From Octopus vulgaris (taxonomy: Eukaryota), in contig OX597821.1 in assembly GCA_951406725.2 (NCBI GenBank), positions 116,002,001 to 116,066,000 of the forward strand: 64,000 nucleotides of DNA, in the 5' to 3' direction. The notes beneath the pieces are model-generated. The model worked only from the letters and a program-made list of their open reading frames with translations, was not told the DNA's origin and made no database searches. This document shows positions 40,545-50,320 of the stretch, piece after piece (the first letter of the stretch is position 1; each line of letters starts with the position of its first letter). A program made the translations under genes and the position numbers.

Positions 40545-41138
40545 TTTTTTTTACTTGTTTTAGTCATTTGACTGCGGCGATACTGGAGTATCACTTTGAA
40601 AGGGTTTTAGTCGAACAAATCGACCCCAGGACTTAATTTTAAAGCCTAGTACTTATTCTACCCTCGCTTTTTGCCGAACCGCTAAGTTCTGAGGACACAA
40701 ACACACTAACATTGGTTGTCAAGCGGTGATGGGGTGCGCGCGCACACACACACAGACACACACACACACATATATGTATACGACGAGTTTCTTTCAGTTT
40801 CCCTCTACCGAATCCACTCACAAGGTTTTGGTCGGCCCGAGGATATAGTAAAAGACACTTGCCCAATGTGCCACGCAGTAGGACTGAACCCGGAACCATG
40901 TGGCTGGGAAGCAATCTTCTTACCACACAGCCACTTTAATAATAGCTGTTCATAAATATAAGCTTTCGTTTGTCTAATCACACACACACACATATACGAC
41001 GGGATCCTTTCGGTTTCTGTTTGCCAAATTCACTGAAAAGGCTTTGATCAGACCGAGGCTATAGTAGAAGACACTTGCCCAAGGTCCCACGCAGTGGGAC
41101 TGAACCCGGAGCAATATTTTTGGGGAGCAAGCTTCTTA
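40545..41138 (-). mobile_element. SINE family A full copy plus a second 5' half
   Basis: Reverse-complement homology at 40545-40932 and 40985-41138. Confidence 0.85.
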
Positions 41139-41357
41139 TTTCTTTATTGCCTACAAGGGGCTAAACACAGAGGGAACAAACAAGGACAGACAAACGGATT
41201 AAGTCGATTATATCGACCCCAGTGCGTAACTGGTACTTAATTTATCGACCCCGAAAGGATGAAAGGCAAAATCGACCTCGGTGGAATTTGAACTCGGAGC
41301 GTAACGGCAGACGAAACACGGCTACGCATTTCGCCCGGTGTGCTAACGTTTCTGCCA
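41137..41357 (-). mobile_element. SINE family B
   Basis: Reverse-complement homology. Confidence 0.85.
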
Positions 41358-41444
41358 CACAACCACGCTTACGCCTATATGTATGTATATTATACATAGT
41401 GAAATGTGTACTTACATATAAGAAAATAACGTGTACGTACGCCG

Positions 41445-41491
<47 letters not shown>

Positions 41492-41500
<9 letters not shown>

Positions 41501-41748
41501 CAAAATGGGACAAGAACGAAAAACATCCAAATAGACGATACAAAAAACACGGACGGGTCATTCGAAGCCTTTAATCTTCAGTCAAGAACCAGATCATCTT
41601 CGCAATTTAGGCCAAGATTAATCAACCGAAATTGCGAGGATGATCCGGTTCTAGACTGAAGATTAAAGGCTTTGAATGACCCGTCCGTCTTTTTTGTATC
41701 GTCTAATCGGATGTTTTTTGTTCTTGTCCCATTTTGTATTTTGTATAT
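41492..41748. repeat. Foldback hairpin beside (TA)n
   Basis: Arms of about 118 bp with a short spacer near 41610-41628. Confidence 0.9.
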
Positions 41749-41876
41749 AAATATATATTATACATACATTCATATAGATGCAAACACGCTTGGAGGCATG
41801 AAAATCTATAACTATCCATTTATATATGTGTGTGTGAATAAAGTATAAATGAGTAGCAAAAAGGTACAGCTACTAA

Positions 41877-41960
41877 TTCATTATGGTCATTTCAAGCGAC
41901 TCCTTTAATTGATGAATGAAAACATTACATCATCGGAAAGAAGCAGTTTCGTCAGGTGAC
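41877..41960 (-). ncRNA. Hammerhead motif in the inverted Penelope-like repeat
   Basis: Reverse complement reads TCAC-CTGACGA-AACTGCTTC...GGAGTCGCTT-GAAAT-GACC-ATA-ATGA. Confidence 0.5.
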
Positions 41961-44229
41961 TGCATGAACTTCAAACATAAAGGAAAATATTAGGATAATA
42001 TTAGCCCGTAAGATAGATAATTATAATGGTTATAGTAGATTAATCCCTAATAACAACTCCAATAACTTGGTTTTGTTAAACAAAGTTAAGGCATAAAAAA
42101 AATTCTTGAGAAACCAAATAGTCTTTCCTTCCTTCAAGCTAAGTTTGAAGAAAATATCTCTTTTGCATCTTACTTTTTTGGTCTCTTAAATATACTGCAT
42201 TTTGTGGCATTATTTCAAGCCAGCTGACTTTTAAGTATGTAAATGCTAATAATACTAAGAATAGCACCGATAGCTCAACCTCAGCCAGTAGTAATGCAGA
42301 CGAGATAATGAACATTAACGAAGCCAATAAACCACAGTCGGTACCCCATGTTTCACATATGCAACTATTATAAGTTGATTGCATAACATCTAGCGATAGA
42401 ATCCATAACATTAAGGCTAATATAAATATAAGTAACAATACCAATTATAACAACAGGAGTAATATTGAAGTAATCCTTGATAGTAATTCTATGAATCTGA
42501 ACAGTACCTCAAATGATGACTATAATTATTAATAATATGGTAGGAAAAACTAATAATAATGATTGCAATTGTAGGGCAAGGTCACATTGCCCGCTATTAG
42601 GTCAGTGTTTATATAAATGTACAATAATAACGGAAACTAATAACTCTATTTACATAGAGTGCTCTTTAAATATGAAACAAAAAAAAAAAAACGCTTGAAT
42701 AAACATCTTCCATTCTTTAGACTTAGACATAAAGCCAGCAGTTCGTCATTATCTACGAAGATTTTGGGAATTCAAGGATAATGATATTAAATTCAGTGTG
42801 AAGTGGGATATAGTGCATAGAGTTCAGCCATGCACAAATAGTTGATATGGGTGTGATTTCTGCTGTATGGAGATATATGAAATATTTAAATATAGAGATA
42901 AAGACAGCCTAATTAATAATAAATTAGATAATAGAGTATCATGTGTTCATAGGATTACTCGCACCTTAAATAGTTTAGAAGCAGCTAATAATAAATACCT
43001 CATACTGTATCTTTGATGACAAGTTACTCAATGCGCTCATTCTTAGCTTACTCTCCGTGATATTGAAACCTGTTCAGTAATGCATTCTAATGACCCTTAG
43101 CCCCTCTATCCTTTATGTATAGCTAGCAGCGCTTTCTACTTATAGTACTCTCTAGTGATCTGATATTTATTTTTTGTCCTTCTTTACATTTTTATATCTT
43201 TTATATCCTTTTATATAATTTTTATATCTTATATTTAATTTTTTTATGCCTTTATATATCCTTTTATGTATTTTTACAGTTTTACAGCTTATACATTTTT
43301 ACATGCTTCACAGCAGACTTTAATCGCATATTCTGATATTTTAATACACATTATATTCATTATTTGATTGTGGGCCTAAATTTTAAAATGTTGTATCTGA
43401 ATTTATATATATTAAATATCTCAAATTTTTTATTCTGCCCTATCCTTATCCAGCCGTTATGATGTTGAATGTTTCTAAAATCAGCTCACTTTATATTAAA
43501 AGCATTATTTCGTAATAGATTCTATATATATTATTTTTACCAGGATATTTTATACACTACATTTACAAAAAGTTTTATTATTTCTCTTATATCTTAATGT
43601 ATCTCTTTATTATAATTTTATGTATAATTTTATGCTTCGCCTATATATTTAATATTATATTTATTGCTATAATATCATAAATATGCTAAACTGTAGTGAA
43701 CACCTTTTCCTATTCTCTGAATTTGATTTCCGCCCCTACTTCCTAATACTTATTCCAGTAGTTTTCAAGGTCTCCCCCTTTTTAATACGATAATCAAAAT
43801 AAGTAGTATCTGCTCTCCCCATCCTTTTCCGTTTTTCTTATCATTCCCTCCCCATCATTCATTCCCTTATTACTATCCAACGCATTACCCACTTTGTAAA
43901 TAAAGCCGGATAGTTTAGTAGGCCGACATGATATTAATTGATTTATCACCACCGACCAGAATACATATACAACCCCACTAAGACTTAATTCTAGCCGGTT
44001 GGAGATAATCCTCCCTCTTTCGTTTTGAAGTATAGATAACTGGGTAACTGATTTCAATTCTTCCCCCCTACTATAACCTCTACTATCCTTTAAATTATAT
44101 TTCTGAGATAACTATTTGGTAAAATCATTCTGCCAAGTGAATAGCTGCAGAATCAATGCATTTTGGCTCTGTAGAGCTGTGACTGTGTTAAATCAGTTGA
44201 ATGGTCCTTTATGTTTGAAGTTCATGCAG

Positions 44230-44312
44230 TCATCTGACGAAAACGGTTTCTTTGCAATGATGTAATATTTTCATTAATCGATTAAATGAGTCGCTTGAAA
44301 CGACCGTAATGA
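44230..44312 (+). ncRNA. Type I hammerhead motif in a Penelope-like terminal repeat
   Basis: TCAT-CTGACGA-AAACGGTTTC...GAGTCGCTT-GAAAC-GACC-GTA-ATGA. Confidence 0.65.
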
Positions 44313-44339
44313 ATGGACACATGTACCTCTTTTTTACTC

Positions 44340-44402
<63 letters not shown>

Positions 44403-44454
44403 GATATATATATATATATATATATATACATGCACATAAAGAAGGCAGCCACCC

Positions 44455-44517
<63 letters not shown>

Positions 44518-44534
44518 CATATTTTTCAATATAA

Positions 44535-44785
44535 AATAGTGTACATTTAAACACAAAGAGAAATTACCTATAACAGGCAATTTCTACACGCTAGGAGAGT
44601 CACGGCGACCGAAAACCACAAAATTTAAGCCAATTTCAAAGGGAATGAAAAAAAAATTTAAATTAAAATATGTTCCCTTTGAAATTGCTTAAATTTTGTG
44701 GTTTTCGGTCGTCGTGATTGTCTCCTAGCGTGTAGAAATTGCCTGTTATAGGTTAATTTCTCTTAGTGTTTAAATGTACACTATT
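44535..44785. repeat. Foldback hairpin beside (TA)n
   Basis: Arms of about 110 bp with a short AT spacer at about 44646-44672. Confidence 0.9.
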
Positions 44786-44915
44786 ATTTAGGCCTAAATA
44801 ATAGATCTACAAATACAATATCCCTGCATATCTCACATCTATTTTCATTTCTCCACCTCACTCTCTATTTCGTATCTTATCTAAATAAACTATTGCTTAA
44901 CCATCTGCTCATACT

Positions 44916-44963
44916 GTCTCCGATGAAGGAATATAATAAATATCCTAGAAACAGATGTAAGGC
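44916..44963 (+). ncRNA. Hammerhead motif with U4C change, same repeat family as 21146
   Basis: GTCT-CCGATGA-AGGAATAT-aataa-ATATCCTA-GAAAC-AGAT-GTA-AGGC. Flanks are homologous to the 21130-21250 copy. Confidence 0.55.
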
Positions 44964-45214
44964 CTATTTATAAATGTTCTAAAATCTACACAGCCTTGGT
45001 TTTATTTATCTCATTACGGAAAAAATATATATATATATATACAATAAATGAAAAAGTGCATTGTAAATAAACAACGACAGATAAAAAAACGTATACGTAT
45101 ACTGAGTGTACAACCGGACGTTAAATGTATGCAACGCACTCAAGACTTTTATTAACAGTAAGTTTTATATATACTGTACTCTGTACTCTTTCACTACAAC
45201 TTTTTTCCTGTTTC

Positions 45215-45400
45215 TGTGGTACCTGTATTTCAAAGGGCCAGCCTTGTCACACACTGTGTCACGTTGAATCCCTCTGAGAACTACGTTAAGAGTACACGAG
45301 TCCGTGGAGTGCTCAGCCACTTCTACGTTAATTTCACGAGTAGGCTGTTCCGTTGATTGGATCAACTGGAATCCTTGTCCTCGTAACCGACGGAGTGCCA
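45215..45400 (+). mobile_element. SINE family C, 3' half
   Basis: Homologous to the tail of 13435-13740. Confidence 0.78.
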
Positions 45401-45633
45401 CGATATATATATATACATATAGGTTAGTAGAGTTAGAGGCTGGAATAATGGTCTAAGAGATAAAAGTATCCGTTATACTACTGGGTTACTTATGTTAACC
45501 CTGGAAGTACATGTGCCAGCATATTATGCTTTTAGATTACAGGTAATGACAAAGATAAACAAGTGTTTGTCAGGAATCAAATTTAAAGTAAACAGAAAAT
45601 GAAGAAATGGAGATTTCTCCATTTTCCGTTTAC

Positions 45634-45669
<36 letters not shown>

Positions 45670-45721
45670 CATATATATATATATATCAAATAAAATTAAA
45701 AACAGAACACAAAGGATATCG

Positions 45722-45811
45722 CGGTACACGTGTTTCAAGCCTTATAAATAATCCGTTCTTACATCAGTGTATTATTGATATAAAAGATGGTTTAACGCAC
45801 TCTTCAGTCGT
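45722..45811 (-). ncRNA. Hammerhead motif, antisense arm of the same foldback (decayed stems)
   Basis: Reverse complement reads ACGA-CTGAAGA-GTGCGTTA...TAAGGCTT-GAAACACGTGTA-CCGC. Core intact, with mismatches in stems I and II. Confidence 0.6.
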
Positions 45812-45860
45812 AAACATTGTTATTCCAAAGAGTTACATCACACTATAAAAAACAATGTTT

Positions 45861-45946
45861 GCGGCTGAAGAGAGCTTTAAACCATATATCAATAATACAC
45901 TGATGTAAGGACGGATTGTTTATAAAGCTTGAAACACGTGTACCGC
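45861..45946 (+). ncRNA. Type I hammerhead ribozyme motif, intact core
   Basis: GCGG-CTGAAGA-GAGCTTTA...TAAAGCTT-GAAAC-ACGT-GTA-CCGC. Stems I, II and III all pair. The predicted cut is after A45942 (GUA). Confidence 0.8.
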
Positions 45947-46079
45947 GATATCCTTTGTGTTCTGTTTTTAATTTTATTTGATATATTCTCTCTCACCTCT
46001 GCCACTATCTGGCATATACAGGTGCTTACACTTATCAAGTATAATAGTATTCACCTTAAATTTACAGTATTCACCTAAA

Positions 46080-46142
<63 letters not shown>

Positions 46143-46397
46143 AGGAAATAGGGAGAAATATATATTTTACTGAGAGATATTTATTTTTACTGTGTTCACA
46201 TCTTATAGAAATGTGTCTTATACTTATGCTTATACACATTTAAAACTTTATGGTATTCTAATTATGGACAGGGCTTCTTCCTCAATCTCCTGAATTTCAT
46301 TTCCTACATACATGTATGTTTTTTCATTGGTAATGCTTTTGATATGTATAAACATAAATGTAAAAGTTTTCCCAAATAAATTGCACTTCAGGTTTGA

Positions 46398-46477
46398 AGC
46401 TCTGATGAAGTTATAAGGTGGTACTCAAGCACCCAACTATGAGTGCATTAATCTTATAGCAGAAACAGATGTACGCT
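46398..46477 (+). ncRNA. Type I hammerhead motif with long stem II
   Basis: AGCT-CTGATGA-A-GTTATAAG...CTTATAGC-A-GAAAC-AGAT-GTA-CGCT. One mismatch in stem I. Confidence 0.65.
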
Positions 46478-46815
46478 AATGAAGTTCATAATTGTTTTTA
46501 TTTCCTTTGTCTTCTCAATTTCTTATTACAGTTGTGTCCTCGACTGACGCTTCATACTGAAGCATATGCATGTTGAGTTCGAACACTAGGTCATTAGCAT
46601 GGCAATGCCGAAGCGGAATACACACACACCCGCATGCGCTCACACACACACGCACACGGATACACATGATGTTATATGTATATAAGTGTGTGTATTGGAT
46701 GAATATGTAATAATATAAATTCTTAAAACTTATGCACACAATTATACGCTTATAGTGACGTATCTAAATAATGCACACGTGCAGACATTAATCAATCGAA
46801 GAAGATAAAAATCCG

Positions 46816-47124
46816 TTATGTTGTAAACGTGGTTTCTACCATAACACACTGCTGGTTAGATTTCAGTTGTGAAATGTCTGAGTTTATACTGAACTGTTTC
46901 ATCGGTTCAGTAGAATGTTCCGATTGTTTATCTTGGTTGTGTGAAGTGATATCTGATAACTGCAGTTGAAGCGACTCCTCTAAATCAGATGTCGGACACT
47001 GAACATGTTGCGTTGGTGCCGAATTCTGGCGATGGCAAGAATAGTGTCCGGTACTCGATCGTAGGCTCACCGTGTCGCGTCGCATTACATAACGGCTAAT
47101 CTTTCGTTTCATATTGATGTGGAC
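46816..47124 (-). CDS. Class B1 GPCR last exon (helix 8 and C-terminal tail)
   Basis: ttctcttcag acceptor, phase 0. VHINMKRKISRYVMRR (helix 8) is followed by a Ser/Thr-rich tail to TAA. Candidate AATAAA on the minus strand near 46497-46502. Confidence 0.87.
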   Translation of the reverse strand, partial: VHINMKRKISRYVMRRDTVSLRSSTGHYSCHRQNSAPTQHVQCPTSDLEESLQLQLSDITSHNQDKQSEHSTEPMKQFSINSDISQLKSNQQCVMVETTFTT

Positions 47125-47278
47125 CTGAAGAGAAATGTTGACAATGCATTAGTTATATATTTCGAAACGTATTTTATTATGTGTGGTTAAAAGAGGTAAA
47201 ACATATAATTTATGTAAAGGAAACATTATTCTAGGAAGAGCAACAATATCTTATTGTATTTATAAGATAATAGTAGAT

Positions 47279-48456
47279 AACAAGAGCACTCAGAGAGCGC
47301 AAACCTCCGCCAAGGCAACACCAACGTCCTTATTTCTTTTATTGAGCACATGGCTCTTATAGAGAGGGGACAGTACAAGGACATAGAAGACAATACAATG
47401 GGGTACGTGGAGGTGCAATGATCCAGTGGTTAGGGCAGCGTAATCGCGGTTTCGATTCCCAGACCGGGCGTTGTGAGTGTTTATTGAGCGAAAACACCTA
47501 AAGCTCCACGAGGCTCCGGCAGGGGACGGTGGCGATCCCTGCAGTACTCTTTCGACACAACTTTCTCTCTTTCTTCTGTTGGCCTGCTCGCTTAGTCAGT
47601 GGGGTGGCATCATTTGAAGGCTAAAACAATGCGAAGTGCATTGTGACCAGCGATGTGTAGCAACATCTGATAGCTTGGTCGGTCACGGTGACCACGGTGA
47701 GAATGGGGTACATAAAAACACATATCGTATGAAATTATGGATACAATGAAAGGTTAGAGTTAGGGTTAGGGCTAGGGTTAGGGGTGGGGGGAAGGGTATC
47801 TTTTTTTCTTCAGAAATGTAAATAAACCCAATCTGTTTTTTTTCTTCAATTTCTGCAATTTCAACCAATCAATAATATCTATTGAGGTGAAAACATTCTG
47901 TGCCGTATGAATATGTCCCTCGTTTAAGAAACAGATTGGGTTTATTTACATTTCTGAAGAAAAAAAGATACCCTTCCCCACACCCCTACCCTAACCCTAA
48001 CCCTAAAACAGATTGAAATGCAATAGATCGATACTAGGGTTATAATTATGGGTGACAATATCATATGACACCGCTAGAAAAACTGCCGTTCAAACCGAAA
48101 ATATCTCAAATGACTCGACTACAACACCAACGTCCTCTCAACGATTAGCCAGAGATGATTTTTAAAATGAGAATATCTGAAATACGCTTGACTGTTCTCA
48201 CAAACGAAAATACTTAAAATGAACCCGAACGCTCTCAAAAATAAAGTAAAAAACAAACAAGAAAAATAATTCGGAATGCTTGTCCGGTACCGGATCGATC
48301 CCCAAATCTAATCAGTCCGTGCTAGTCACGAGGCCAAACATCCCTGAAAGCTTCATCTGAATCCGTCCAGCGGTTCTTGATATATCTCGTCCACGGACAA
48401 ACAAACAAACACACGACTTAAAACAATAACTCCGCCTTCGCGAAGGCGGAGGTAAT
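47279..48456. mobile_element. Helentron/DINE-like non-autonomous element, interrupted by a 791-bp insert
   Basis: 5' subterminal CCTCCGCCAAGG, an (ACAA)n tract, and a terminal hairpin CTCCGCCTTCGCGAAGGCGGAG-GTAA. Confidence 0.55.
47407..47701 (+). mobile_element. SINE family D variant with 10-bp TSD AATGGGGTAC
   Basis: Shares head and body (AAACACCTAAAGCTCCACG.GGCTCCGGCAG) with 17785-18094. TSD at 47397-47406 and 47702-47711. Confidence 0.82.
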
Positions 48457-49242
48457 GAGATCAAAGACTATGGACAAACACTGCAAGAAACGTAGTATGA
48501 GCGTATCCAAAGATAAAATCATTTTTTAAATTCGATTTTTTACTCGTGCAAAAGAATAAATAAATGAATAAAAATAGGGGGACATTTTATTGCCGTTTAA
48601 GATTCATAAATAGATTTTGAAGTTACTTGTACTCAATTGTTCCAACTACGACCTGAGCAATACAAATCTCTTAATCAAAAATGCTAAATTTTGTGTTAGT
48701 AATTTTTAAGCATGAAGCTTCTTTTCGTGCCTTTATTTGAAACCATATACTTTGTGTTATTTTTGATGCACCGGAGTAAAATAGCGGAATACATTTGCAC
48801 TAGAAATTTCTAAACAGAAATCATGTGCAAACTTGATGTACTGATATATAAAGAAAGACATTGCGACATAATTAATCCGTCGCTGAGTCAACCCCAAAGG
48901 TATTCTATTTTTATGTAGCGTACGGAGACAAAGAAATGTCTCAAACAGAAATCGAACTTGCTTCGCAGATTCTGGTTTACAAACCACACTACATGGAATG
49001 GCTGGAATGTCAAGGCGAAAGACAGCTTCAAGATCGATTCTACGAGATAAAAAGAGGAAACAAACAAATCAGTACATTGATCTTCAAATATCTTTCAAAT
49101 GTTTGTATAAAAGTCTTCACATTCATTTTGATAATAGATAAGTTTATCGATAATGAAAGAAATAATTCTTATTCTAATAATCACACAATGACAACAGGTG
49201 ATGTATGCGTAGGAAATATAAATTAGACGCATGAAAATATTA

Positions 49243-49820
49243 TTTTCTACTCTAGGCACAAGGCCCGAGATTTTGGAGGAGGAGGCCAATCGATTAGATC
49301 GACCCCAGTACGCAATTGGTACTTAATTTATCGACCTCGAAAGGATTAAAGGCAAAGTCGACCTCGGCGGAATTTGAACTCAAAACGTAAATACAGACGA
49401 AATACCTATTTCTTTATTACCCACAAGGGGCTAAACAGAGAGGAGAAACAAGGACAGACAAACGGATTAAGTCGATTACATCGACCCCAGTGCGTAACTG
49501 GTACTTATTTAATCGACCCCGAAAGGATGAAAGGCAAAGTCGACCTCGGCGGAATTTGAACTCAGAACGTAGCGGCAGACGAAAGACCTATTTCTTTATT
49601 ACCCAGAAGGGACTAAACACAGAGGGGACAAACAAGGACAGACAAACGGACTAAGTCGATTAAACTGACCCCAGTGCGTAACTGGTACTTAATTTATCAA
49701 CCCCGAAAGGATGAAATAAAAGTCGACTTCAGCGGAATTTGAACTTAGAACGTAACGGCAGACGAAATACCGCTAAGCGTTTCGCCTGGCGTGCTAACGT
49801 TTCTACCAACTCGCCGCCTT
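49243..49820 (-). mobile_element. SINE family B head-to-tail trimer
   Basis: Three units of about 180 bp joined at GACGAAA(T/G)ACC|TATTTCTTTATT. Confidence 0.85.
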
Positions 49821-49939
49821 AGACCCTTGAAAATATTGTGTAAAAACTGTTAGTGCCAGATTACTAATATGAACTGGATGTAGGACAATTCTTTGGTAAA
49901 GTTCGAAGAATATATTATATCTTTATCTTTTATTTTTTA

Positions 49940-50320
49940 ATTGTTACTTGTTTCAGTCATTAGACTGCGGCCATGCTGGAGCAACGCCTTGAATTTGTAA
50001 TCGAATGAATCGACCCCAGTACTTATTTCTAAAGCTTGGTACTTATTGTATCGGTGTCTTTTGCCGAACCGCTAAGTTACGAGGACATAAATACACCAAC
50101 ACCGGTTGTCAAGCGGTAATGGGGTACAAACACAGACACATAGATATATATATACATATATGTATACCATGGGCTTCTTTCAGTTTCCGTTTACCAAATC
50201 CACTCACAAGGCTTTGGTAGGTCCGAGGCTATAGTAGAAGATACTCGCCCAATGTGCCACGCAGTAGGACTGAACCCGGAAGCATTTGGCTGGGAAGCAA
50301 TCTTCTTACCACACAGCCAC
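49940..50320 (-). mobile_element. SINE family A
   Basis: Reverse-complement homology, full length. Confidence 0.87.

Larger units (their letters stand above)
41875..44315 (+). mobile_element. Penelope-like element remnant: decayed GIY-YIG endonuclease (about 42550-42955) between inverted terminal repeats of about 115 bp
   Basis: CNCRARSHCPLLGQCL..YKC...YIE...LSTKIWEFK...VKWDIV...CDFCCME...LINNK...CVH, with stops and frameshifts. 41875-41985 is inverted at 44205-44315. Confidence 0.8.
45682..45985. repeat. Foldback hairpin with a hammerhead motif in each arm
   Basis: 45682-45822 is inverted at 45850-45985. Confidence 0.9.

Noticed and set aside
48757-49226. Overlapping ORFs of 76-96 aa in the last GPCR intron
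   Set aside because: No recognisable motif; length is within chance expectation.
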